DNA of 39,231 bases from contig JBGSNL010000029.1 in assembly GCA_041739675.1 (NCBI GenBank), positions 1-39,231 of the forward strand, in the 5' to 3' direction. Below are positions 26,545 through 34,486 of this stretch, piece after piece. Source of the stretch: a bacterium. GTDB taxonomy: Bacteria; UBA10199; 2-02-FULL-44-16; DYJF01. The notes below the pieces were generated by a model. That model searched no databases, was not told where the DNA came from, and saw nothing but the letters and a program-made list of their open reading frames with translations. Made by a program: the position numbers and the translations under genes. Position 1 is the stretch's first letter; each line of letters begins with the position of its first letter.

Positions 26545-27113
26545 AAGAGAGATAGAAGGGTTTTGGTGTCGCAGATGTGCGCAAAGCCGTGGCCCAGATT
26601 CAAAAGTGATGCCTTATGATGTTCATCTGTTTGCGTGGCGCACGCGTCCGAAACGACGACCGGCTGGAAATCGAGTATGAAGGCGTGGCGGGCGGACGTC
26701 TCTACGCACAGGTGCGTCATGACTCCGCAGATGACCACGGTTTCTATCCCGTGCCCCTTGAAATACGGGCCGACGATCGTCCTTTCAAACGCGCTGTATC
26801 TTGATTTCGTGATGATCTGCTCGCCTTCGGCGGGGCCGATATCCGCGATCAGGTCGGCCGCAGGATCGCCATCCCACGGCAGATCGTTTTTCCACCAGCT
26901 CCCCATTTGGCCGGTCCCCTCGCCCTTGCGGTGCGCATGGCGCGTGAAGATAATGGGAAGGCCTTTCTTCCGAAAGACCGAAATGAGTTTTTTGACATTG
27001 GGGACTATCGCCGGCCCCTTTTCAAGAAAGGCATCCTCCTTGGGATCCAGAAAATAGCGCTGCATGTCTATGACGAGAAGTGCTGGAGAATCGACCTTGG
27101 CGGATTTTTTCAT
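26541..27113 (-). CDS. Isochorismatase-family cysteine hydrolase
   Basis: ALLVIDMQRYF, KSRYSAF, GVMTHLCVETSAR, VSDACAT. Confidence 0.9.
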   Translation of the reverse strand: MKKSAKVDSPALLVIDMQRYFLDPKEDAFLEKGPAIVPNVKKLISVFRKKGLPIIFTRHAHRKGEGTGQMGSWWKNDLPWDGDPAADLIADIGPAEGEQIITKSRYSAFERTIVGPYFKGHGIETVVICGVMTHLCVETSARHAFILDFQPVVVSDACATQTDEHHKASLLNLGHGFAHICDTKTLLSLL

Positions 27114-27189
27114 TTAAATAGGCTCCTGTCTTCCATTACTAAGACTCCATCCTTGACTTTGTCAAGAAACTTGGCCGTATATATGCGCT

Positions 27190-28179
27190 ATGCCGACGAA
27201 CGTACCTCCACAATATCACGAGGCTGAGACGAGGCTCCGCCAGGCCAAGACGCGCGAGGAGAAGCTCGCCATCATGGAAGAGATGATGGCGATCATGCCC
27301 AAGCACAAGGGCACAGATAAGCTGCGCTCCGAACTCAATCAGAAGATGAAGAAGATGAAGGAGGGCGGCGATAAAGATAAAAAGAGCGGCGCCCGCAAGG
27401 CCGTCACTGTTCCACGCGAGGGGGCCGGCCAGATAGTTTTCCTGGGGCCGCCCAACGGCGGGAAATCGCAGCTTTTGAGAACGCTCACGAACGCCACTCC
27501 CGAAGTCGCGCCCTATCCGTTCACGACCCGGATGCCGGTGCCGTGGATGATGCCCTTTGAAGATGTGAGAATCCAGCTTGTGGAGCTTCCGGCGATAACG
27601 GATACGGCACTCGAGCAGTTCGTGCCTGATATCACAAGGAACGCCGATATCGCCGCGATCGTCGTAGATATGGCCTCACCCGATCTTCTTGATGCCATTG
27701 ATATCATTTTGAAGCAGATGGAAAAGCACTACGTTTTTCTTGTCGACAAGATTCCCGAACCCGAGCTGCGAAAAGTTGGCGCCGTGTATCTCCGCACGAT
27801 AATTCTGGGCAACAAGATGGATCTGACCGACGCGGAGGAGAATCTCCCGATATTCGAGGAATGGCTGGGAGGACGCTTCCCACTGATCAAGATCTCAGCC
27901 GCGGGCGAAGATATAAAAAACACACTCCCTCGCCGCCTTTTTGAGGAGCTTAGAATCATCCGTGTCTACACAAAGGCGCCCGGCAAGAAGCTTGAAAAAC
28001 AGGATCCACTTGTTTTGCCTATCGGGAGCAACGTCATGGACGCCGCGCACGGTCTTCACAAAGAGATCGCCCAATCTCTGAAATATGCGCGCGTTTGGGG
28101 TGGGGGCATGCATGACGGCCAGCAGGTCGCGAGAGATCAGGTTCTCTCGGACGGCTGGGCCCTGGAGTTCCACGTCTGA
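27190..28179 (+). CDS. DRG/OBG-like GTPase with C-terminal TGS domain
   Basis: PKHKGTDKLR, GPPNGGKS (G1), YPFTT (G2), NKMD (G4), IRVYTK..., YARVWG...GQQV (TGS). Confidence 0.85.
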   Translation: MPTNVPPQYHEAETRLRQAKTREEKLAIMEEMMAIMPKHKGTDKLRSELNQKMKKMKEGGDKDKKSGARKAVTVPREGAGQIVFLGPPNGGKSQLLRTLTNATPEVAPYPFTTRMPVPWMMPFEDVRIQLVELPAITDTALEQFVPDITRNADIAAIVVDMASPDLLDAIDIILKQMEKHYVFLVDKIPEPELRKVGAVYLRTIILGNKMDLTDAEENLPIFEEWLGGRFPLIKISAAGEDIKNTLPRRLFEELRIIRVYTKAPGKKLEKQDPLVLPIGSNVMDAAHGLHKEIAQSLKYARVWGGGMHDGQQVARDQVLSDGWALEFHV

Positions 28180-28180
28180 T

Positions 28181-28393
28181 TTATTTTCCCATCCAGAGAA
28201 GTTTCCAGAAGGGCACTTGAGGTTCTCCCGCCTGGACGGTGAAATTCCAGTTGAGGAAAAAGTATCCGCCCGCCGCAATCGCCGCGCAGAGTGCTAAACC
28301 AAGAATTGTCACGATCCAGACGCGCTTTTTCAAATCCTCGGATGAGAAATTGTCTATGAGGCGGTCCAGTATGTTTTTCTTAAGGTCTTGCAT
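28181..28393 (-). CDS. Small hypothetical membrane protein
   Basis: 70 aa with one hydrophobic segment; start overlaps the end of the ABC gene, with GGAG upstream. Confidence 0.6.
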   Translation of the reverse strand: MQDLKKNILDRLIDNFSSEDLKKRVWIVTILGLALCAAIAAGGYFFLNWNFTVQAGEPQVPFWKLLWMGK

Positions 28394-30590
28394 TGGGTAT
28401 CAGCTCCATTTCGTCGACGACCGCATGGCCCGCTTCCATCTTGATGGCCGCGGCCTTTTTTATGAGCGCGCGGACAAGCTCTTCAGGCGTTCTGAAAAGC
28501 TGGCGTGAAAGTCTCGTGCCGACGATCAAATAATCCTCTTTGGCGATCGGTTTTCTCTCTTCCGCGGGTGCAGTGACGATCCCCTGCAACCTCTCGAAGA
28601 ACGCCCTCAACTGATCGGGCCTGATCTCCGGGAGCAAGATGAGAATCGTGTCGCCGCCCAGCACGGCGCTGTTGTCGCCCATGCGGATGCTTTTTTTAAT
28701 GAGATAATCGAGATCATCCACGAAGTGGTCCGCCTCGTCCGATCCGCTTTCATTGGTGACCTCTTCGTATTTCAGATATTTGAGAATTGCGAGGCAGAAG
28801 TGGGAGCCGTATCTCGCGGCGCGCTCCATCTCCAGGGCCAGCTGTTGGCGGAAGACGGCAAGTCCGCCGAACTGTTTCCAGTAGAAGCGGTAAAACGCGC
28901 CGCGCTTTTCCAAAAGCTCTTCGAAGCGACCCTCTTCTACAAAGCGCCCGCCCTCGAGCACCATGATTCGGTCCGACGTCTTGATCGTGGACAGCCGGTG
29001 CGCGATTATTACGATGGTCTTGGTCGTTTGAAGTTTTGCTATCACTTCCTGAATGTGAAATTCGCTTTCGGGATCAAGCGCCGCTGTCACCTCGTCGAAC
29101 ACTATGATTTGCGGATTTTTGAGAAGTGTGCGCGCGATAGCGATCCTCTGGCGCTGGCCGCCGGAGAGGAAGGTGCCGCCCGGACCCACCTGCGTTTCAA
29201 ATCCTTCCGGGAACTTCATTATGAATTCGTAAGCGGATGCTAGTTTCGCCGCTTCCATGGCGTCTTTGAGCGTCTTGTCCGGATTTCCGTATAGGATATT
29301 TTCAAGAACGGTTCCGTCGAAGAGGGCGTACTCCTGGGCTATCATGCCCACCCTGTTGCGAAGCGAGGAGACTCTCACCTCCGATATATTTTGCCCGTCG
29401 ATGAAGATTGCGCCTTCCGTAGCGTCGAAGAAACGCATGAGAAGATTTACGAGTGTTGTCTTGCCCGAACCCGACGCACCCACTATCGCCGTCGACGAAT
29501 GCGGCGGGAAATGTACCTTTATGTTGTGAAGTATCTCTTCATCGGCGGCATAGGAGAAAGAGAGTTTGTCCGTCGTGATTTCCCCGGCCGAAAGTTTAAG
29601 TTCCATACCGCCGGCCGTGAGGGACATCTCGGAAGGATAATCCAGAACCTCGTTCAATCTCCGCATCGAGACGAGGCTCGTCTTCCATGACGTGGCGAGA
29701 TTCGAAAACGAGCTGATGGGTTCTGCGAGCTGCTCCAAATACAACATCAGAGCCACGATCTCGCCTATCGTTAGCTGACCCTGCACGACCTGATAGCCCA
29801 GATACCACGTCAGAAAGACGGACCACATCTGAAGCGTGATGGAATTCGTGAACGTCCTCAAGACGTCTAAGACCTTGCCCTTCACGTGGATGCGGTACCT
29901 GCGGCGTATGAGGTTGCCGAACGAAAGCGTTTCCGCCCGCTCCTGTCCGAACGCCTTGATCGTTTTTATTCCCGCGAGCCTCTCCTGCGCGCGCGAGTAT
30001 ATGTTCGATTCGGCGTCGATCGACTCCACTTCCACACCCTGCAGGCGGTTCGCGTAAAATCTCGTCTCTAAGATGTAGAGGGGAACGGAGAGAAGCGCCA
30101 GAAACGTAAGCTTAGGATTGATGGTGAGCGCTATGAGCAGAATGATAATGAACCTGCCGCCGTCGATGATGATTGTCGGCAGAATACTCATCACCATTGA
30201 GATTGTATTATAGACGTCGTCGGTTATGCGGATCAAAAGATCGCCCGCGCTTTTTTCCTGGTGGAATCTCAAGGGCAGACACTGGATCGCATAAAACACA
30301 TTGCTCGTGAGTGTCGCTGTCGCCTCCTGACTCACATAGACCTGCAGATAATCGGAGACGATGTTCAGGAAAAAATATAAAAAATAGGTGACGACGATCG
30401 CTGCGATAGTCACGTTGAGGAGCGTGAGGTTCTTGAACTGGTAGGCGTAGTCGAAGAGCACCCTTGTGAGCATCGGGTTGGCGAGACCCAAAAGCGTTAT
30501 GACGACGTCGAAAAATATCGCGAAGAGAAAAAACGACAACGTCGGAAGGAGATATGCGTGATACTTCTTGAGCGTGCCGAGATTTCTCAT
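28380..30590 (-). CDS. ABC exporter (TMD+NBD) with a C-terminal degenerate GGDEF-like domain
   Basis: ABC membrane domain, GASGSGKTT, LSGGQRQRIAIAR, VFDEVTAALD, IAHRLST; tail LALEMERAARYGSHFCLAIL...SIRMGDNSAVLGGDTILILLPE. Confidence 0.85.
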   Translation of the reverse strand: MRNLGTLKKYHAYLLPTLSFFLFAIFFDVVITLLGLANPMLTRVLFDYAYQFKNLTLLNVTIAAIVVTYFLYFFLNIVSDYLQVYVSQEATATLTSNVFYAIQCLPLRFHQEKSAGDLLIRITDDVYNTISMVMSILPTIIIDGGRFIIILLIALTINPKLTFLALLSVPLYILETRFYANRLQGVEVESIDAESNIYSRAQERLAGIKTIKAFGQERAETLSFGNLIRRRYRIHVKGKVLDVLRTFTNSITLQMWSVFLTWYLGYQVVQGQLTIGEIVALMLYLEQLAEPISSFSNLATSWKTSLVSMRRLNEVLDYPSEMSLTAGGMELKLSAGEITTDKLSFSYAADEEILHNIKVHFPPHSSTAIVGASGSGKTTLVNLLMRFFDATEGAIFIDGQNISEVRVSSLRNRVGMIAQEYALFDGTVLENILYGNPDKTLKDAMEAAKLASAYEFIMKFPEGFETQVGPGGTFLSGGQRQRIAIARTLLKNPQIIVFDEVTAALDPESEFHIQEVIAKLQTTKTIVIIAHRLSTIKTSDRIMVLEGGRFVEEGRFEELLEKRGAFYRFYWKQFGGLAVFRQQLALEMERAARYGSHFCLAILKYLKYEEVTNESGSDEADHFVDDLDYLIKKSIRMGDNSAVLGGDTILILLPEIRPDQLRAFFERLQGIVTAPAEERKPIAKEDYLIVGTRLSRQLFRTPEELVRALIKKAAAIKMEAGHAVVDEMELIPNARP

Positions 30591-30612
30591 GGAGGGCGGT
30601 GAAACTTTTATG

Positions 30613-30684
30613 TGGGCCCACCAGGACTTGAACCTGGAACCACCCGGTTATGAGCCGGAGGCTCTGCCATTGAGCTATAGGCCC
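30613..30684 (-). tRNA. tRNA with CAT anticodon, probably tRNA-Ile2; CCA not encoded
   Basis: GGGCCTATAGCTCAATGGCAGAGCCTCCGGCTCATAACCGGGTGGTTCCAGGTTCAAGTCCTGGTGGGCCCA folds as a cloverleaf; the GGGCCTA acceptor is typical of Ile2 rather than fMet. Confidence 0.9.
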
Positions 30685-30789
30685 CAAAAACAGCCGGATA
30701 CTAGCCATCTCGTTTATAAAGATCAATAGTATTAAAGGGATTGACAAGATTCGGCGTTTGGGCGTAACTTCTGCCACTTTTTGACAACT

Positions 30790-31536
30790 ATGAAACCAGA
30801 CTTCCAAGCGCAATTAGCCCTTCTAAGAGAACTCCAGGAAATAGACCTCCGCTTAAATGACATAAACAATACGTTGGAAATGCTCCCCGAGCGGATCGCC
30901 GCCGTAGAATCGGCCTATCGCGAGGTAAAAGACTCAATCGATCAGGCAAAGCAGGAGATGGCCGAGGCCGAAAAGTCGAGAAGACACGAGGAGATGGAGC
31001 TCACATCCGCCGTGGATCACGCAAGACAGCGCGAGGCCAAGCTTTACGCCATAAAGACGACCAAGGAATATCAGGCGGCGTTAAAGGAAATAGCAGAGAC
31101 TAAAAAGCTCAATAAAGAGCGTGAGGACCGCATTTTGGGCCTCATGGAACAAATCGATGTTCTCACCAAAAAAATCACGCAACTTGAAACGGATCTGACC
31201 GATAAAGAGGCTGCCTATCGCAAGGAAGACGAGGCCTTGAAGGTAGAGGAGGCTGAGCTCGTAAAGACGCTTGAGGGTATTGAGTCGCGGCGGCCGGAGA
31301 TCGTTTCGAAGCTGGATATAAAGCTTGTCAGGAAATACGATTTCGTCCGTCAGAGGTATCCAGACGCCCTTGTTCACGTTGAGAAGGGCGTTTGTCAGGG
31401 ATGCAGCATGAACGTACCGCCGCAGCTCTTCAACGAGATGCTCAAGTACAACGAGTTCAAGAATTGCCCCTCATGTCACAGGCTGATATTCGTCAACCAG
31501 GAAAACGGCGCAGAAAGCGACCCGGCCGGCAAGTAA
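30790..31536 (+). CDS. Coiled-coil protein with C4 zinc ribbon (DUF164-like)
   Basis: LQEIDL, KTTKEYQAALKEI, CQGCSM...CPSCHRLI. Confidence 0.88.
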   Translation: MKPDFQAQLALLRELQEIDLRLNDINNTLEMLPERIAAVESAYREVKDSIDQAKQEMAEAEKSRRHEEMELTSAVDHARQREAKLYAIKTTKEYQAALKEIAETKKLNKEREDRILGLMEQIDVLTKKITQLETDLTDKEAAYRKEDEALKVEEAELVKTLEGIESRRPEIVSKLDIKLVRKYDFVRQRYPDALVHVEKGVCQGCSMNVPPQLFNEMLKYNEFKNCPSCHRLIFVNQENGAESDPAGK

Positions 31537-31604
31537 GAGCGCGGGGTTGCCATATAAGAGCCTGCTGTGATAAACTTACGCCTCAAAAATAAGGAGCGAA
31601 TATC

Positions 31605-31913
31605 ATGAAAGTTCAAGTGATGCCGAAACAGACTGCCGCCGAACTGCTTTTGTTTTTGGCCGAGCATGAGGAGTTTTCCTCCGTCTCTAAACTCTTGGAG
31701 GACGGTATCACTGTGGAAGAGGTGCACGCGCTTTTCCGGGAGATAGCAGCCGAGCTTCTTCGCGAGTCCGCATTGGAGTTGAAGGACAAGAAATACGATC
31801 TCAAGAAAGATTCTCATCTTACGCCGCAATCGAAACAGATCATCTCATATCTCTCTCCTCACGAAGAGACGACCCTTCTTGAGGCGTTTGGACTGGTGGA
31901 TAAAAAATCATGA
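31605..31913 (+). CDS. Hypothetical protein
   Basis: AAGGAG RBS; ATGA overlap with the RNase H gene. Confidence 0.7.
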   Translation: MKVQVMPKQTAAELLLFLAEHEEFSSVSKLLEDGITVEEVHALFREIAAELLRESALELKDKKYDLKKDSHLTPQSKQIISYLSPHEETTLLEAFGLVDKKS

Positions 31914-32317
31914 AACGAATGACAATTTACACTGACGGAGCGGCCCGCGGAAATCCCGGGCCGGCAGGCGCGGGCGCCGTTCTCATGGACGAAGACGGAG
32001 ACGTAGTGGCCGAGCTCTCGCGCTATCTGGGCGAGACCACGAACAACCAGGCCGAGTATCAGGCGCTCATCATCGCGCTTGAAGAGGCCAGGAGGCTGGG
32101 CGCCGATCAACTCTCCATCTTTTCCGATTCGGAACTTCTCGTGAAGCAGATAAAAGGCGACTATCTTGTAAGAAACGAGGGCTTGAGACGCCTCTTCAAA
32201 CTTGCAAAAGATAAGCTCAAAATATTCGGAAAGCATACCATAGAATATCTGCCGCGTGAGAGAAACACCCATGCGGACCGTCTTGCCAACAGGGCGATAG
32301 ACGAAAAGGATCTTTGA
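31910..32317 (+). CDS. rnhA: Ribonuclease HI family protein
   Basis: YTDGAARGNPGPAG, TNNQAEY, SDSELLVKQ, PRERNTHADRLAN. Confidence 0.9.
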   Translation: MKRMTIYTDGAARGNPGPAGAGAVLMDEDGDVVAELSRYLGETTNNQAEYQALIIALEEARRLGADQLSIFSDSELLVKQIKGDYLVRNEGLRRLFKLAKDKLKIFGKHTIEYLPRERNTHADRLANRAIDEKDL

Positions 32318-32323
32318 AAAACC

Positions 32324-32787
32324 GCGAGGTTGAATAGCCGCTGTCCGCCGCTGAATAGTTGGCGGATGGAGGAAAGTCCGAGCTTCAAAGGACGCCATGC
32401 CGGGTAACGCCCGGGCCCGAGGTTTCTTCACAGGAAGATCGGGATGGAAAGTGCCACAGAAAGGATGTACAGGGCAACGATCTCAGGCTGTCGTGGCTTG
32501 AGGGACCCGCCCGCCATGCGAGCTAGTGATACTTTTTAGGTATCATGATGCTTGTGTGGTGTTGGCGGGCCCGTCAGCTATGTCATGAAAATGGCGAGCG
32601 GGCGGGGCCGCTGTAGTGAAATCAGGAAAACCCCATGGGAAGCAAGGCCAAACAGCAAACCATTAATGGCTGTCCGCCAGTGCCTTTAAATATCGGGCGG
32701 GTTTGCGGGTAGGTCGCTAGAGGTCGCCGGCAACGGCGATCCCAGATAAATGGCTATTCCAGACAGAACTCGGCTTATAGACCTCGC
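32324..32787 (+). ncRNA. rnpB: RNase P RNA
   Basis: GAGGAAAGTCCGAGCT, GGAAAGTGCCACAGAAA, AGCAAGGCCAAA, GGGTAGGTCGCT, AGATAAATGGCT, ACAGAACTCGGCTTAT; terminal GCGAGGT/ACCTCGC pairing. Confidence 0.95.
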
Positions 32788-32802
32788 GCTTCCTTATAAA
32801 GT

Positions 32803-32840
32803 GCCCGCCGAAGCCCTAAAAGGCTTAGGCGGGCTTTTTT
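32803..32840 (+). terminator. Terminator after rnpB
   Basis: GCCCGCCGAAGCC...GGCTTAGGCGGGC followed by T6. Confidence 0.8.
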
Positions 32841-32918
32841 ATTGCACTTGGGGGCCTCTATGCTAGGCCTCAAAAAGGCAGCAACTTTTAACTGTTTTGT
32901 GACGATAACTATAATGAC

Positions 32919-33989
32919 ATGGCACGTTCGCACCAACATCTCCTAAAGCAGGTTGAGGTCTCCGCTAAAGGCGGATCCGCCCCTGGCGGAAAGGATAAGG
33001 TCAAGGTCGAGGCCGAGATCTGTCAGTTCCCTTCAATTCTCAAGCCGGAGAGCGCCGAAAAAACTTTCGACGTGGGCCGCGCGATAATGGTTCTGCGTGA
33101 GGGTTCTGAAAGGGAGCGGGCCGACACCGCGAAGTTGATGGGCGATCTGGCCTTCATGAGGAAGATGAAGATCCCTGAGGCTGTCATGCCTCTTTCGGTT
33201 CTTCTGAAGATCGATGAGGATCCTCTTGTGCGTGAGGAGGCGGCGTGGGCGCTTTGGAAGCTGGGCGAAAAACGCGCCTCCGAAGCCTTGCTCCACGCAC
33301 TTGCAAACGACACACATACGGTCGTCCGTGAAAAAGCGGCGCGCGCGTTGGGGCTTTTGGGCGTGAATGAGGCCGTGCCTCTCATGGTGGCGTTGCTCTC
33401 GCTTGGCCGTTCCATTCCCGCGAGGCTCAGGGCCGCTCTGGCGGCATCGCTGGGTCTTTTGGTCGATATGCAGGCGGCACGCGTCCTTTTGAGCGCGGCG
33501 CTCGATTCCGAGCCGCCCGTCCGCTACGAGGCCGTGAAATCGCTTGGCAGATACCTTTTGAACTTCCCGCCCGAGATTTCTGAAAAATCGTTTTCGCAGA
33601 TCATCCACTCGCTGAACCCCAGGCGCGAGAGGATCGCAAAGATAAGGCAGGCTGCGATCAAGGCGCTGCGCATGTGCAACACCCCCAAGGCGCTTGAAGT
33701 CATCGCCAAGGCGGCGGTCTCCGATCCCGATGCGGAAACGAGAAAGCTCGCCGTGGAGACGCTTCTCTGCTTCGAAGGTGCGGTCGCCGAAGACGCGCTC
33801 ATCAAGGCCCTTGAGGATTCCAACTGGGGAGTCAGAAAGATGGCCGCCCGCGTCCTCTCCGAATCCGTAAAGCGATCGCGCGTGTACAATACGCCGCGCG
33901 TATGCGAAGCGCTCGCCCGCATGGAGCGCATGTTCCCGTCCGGTTCCCGCGAATGGCGCCTCGCCGCAGAGGCATTCGCAAGTTTATAG
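32919..33989 (+). CDS. HEAT-repeat protein
   Basis: Repeated DxDxxVRxxAAxALG-type units (DEDPLVREEAAWALWKLG, DTHTVVREKAARALGLLG, DSEPPVRYEAVKSLG, DSNWGVRKMAARVL). Confidence 0.85.
   Translation: MARSHQHLLKQVEVSAKGGSAPGGKDKVKVEAEICQFPSILKPESAEKTFDVGRAIMVLREGSERERADTAKLMGDLAFMRKMKIPEAVMPLSVLLKIDEDPLVREEAAWALWKLGEKRASEALLHALANDTHTVVREKAARALGLLGVNEAVPLMVALLSLGRSIPARLRAALAASLGLLVDMQAARVLLSAALDSEPPVRYEAVKSLGRYLLNFPPEISEKSFSQIIHSLNPRRERIAKIRQAAIKALRMCNTPKALEVIAKAAVSDPDAETRKLAVETLLCFEGAVAEDALIKALEDSNWGVRKMAARVLSESVKRSRVYNTPRVCEALARMERMFPSGSREWRLAAEAFASL
32961..32990. repeat. 30-bp double palindrome in frame inside the HEAT gene
   Basis: TCCGC-TAAAG-GCGGA followed by TCCGCC-CCT-GGCGGA; encodes SAKGGSAPGG. 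Confidence 0.65.
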
Positions 33990-34190
33990 AAATCACGAAA
34001 ATCAGAGCAAAAAGGAGGCGTCGTACGGGGGAATTTTCTCGCTTACGGCGGCTCGCCTCACACGCCGTCTCGCCGCCTGCGTTTCGTTGCGACGCGTAAT
34101 ATAGGCTATGGAAAGCGTCGCAACTCAACGCCGCTCGAAAACACCCCCGCACTCCTCCTCCTTTCTGCACAATCTTGGTGATTTTTATAA
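33984..34190. mobile_element. MITE-like or structured element with long imperfect terminal inverted repeats
   Basis: Left TTATAGAAATCACGAAAATC...AAAGGAGG...GGGGGAATTTTC aligns with the reverse complement of the right end TTATAAAAATCACCAAGATT...AAAGGAGG...GGGGGTGTTTTC; internal hairpins. Confidence 0.55.
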
Positions 34191-34420
34191 CCGTTGCTCT
34201 GTGGTTTAAAAGGAAAGAAAATCGCTCAGCCAGTCGACATTTTCACTCCTCATACTCCTGCGGTCGTAACCGGCGCTTTATGCTCTGATACCCTGCTTCC
34301 CTACGAGAATTTGACCACTCTGTTTCATCAATTGCCATTTTCTTGACGCACGTCAGGTTTCTTCTAACCCTTCGAAATCTGCGCAAACAATTAACCTAGT
34401 GAATTATAACAACTATTTCT

Positions 34421-34430
34421 GGGGGGGGGG
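34421..34430. repeat. Homopolymer G10
   Basis: Read directly from the sequence. Confidence 0.95.
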
Positions 34431-34446
34431 CGGTACGGTAATTGCT
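34431..34446 (+). promoter_or_regulatory. Putative sigma-54 (-24/-12) promoter
   Basis: CGGTACGGTAATTGCT fits GG-N10-GC, about 40 bp upstream of ATG 34487; 14/16 identical to the element at 18690-18705. Confidence 0.65.
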
Positions 34447-34486
34447 TCTTTATTTACCACGTAAAACAAACATAAAGGGGTCAATT

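Noticed and set aside
30613..30684. tRNA as an integration site for an island
   Set aside because: No integrase and no duplicated tRNA 3' end seen in the window.
30208..30813. 201-aa minus-strand ORF
   Set aside because: It runs through the tRNA and out of frame over the ABC gene.
34243..34338. 31-codon minus-strand ORF MAIDETEWSN...
   Set aside because: No RBS, motif or other support.
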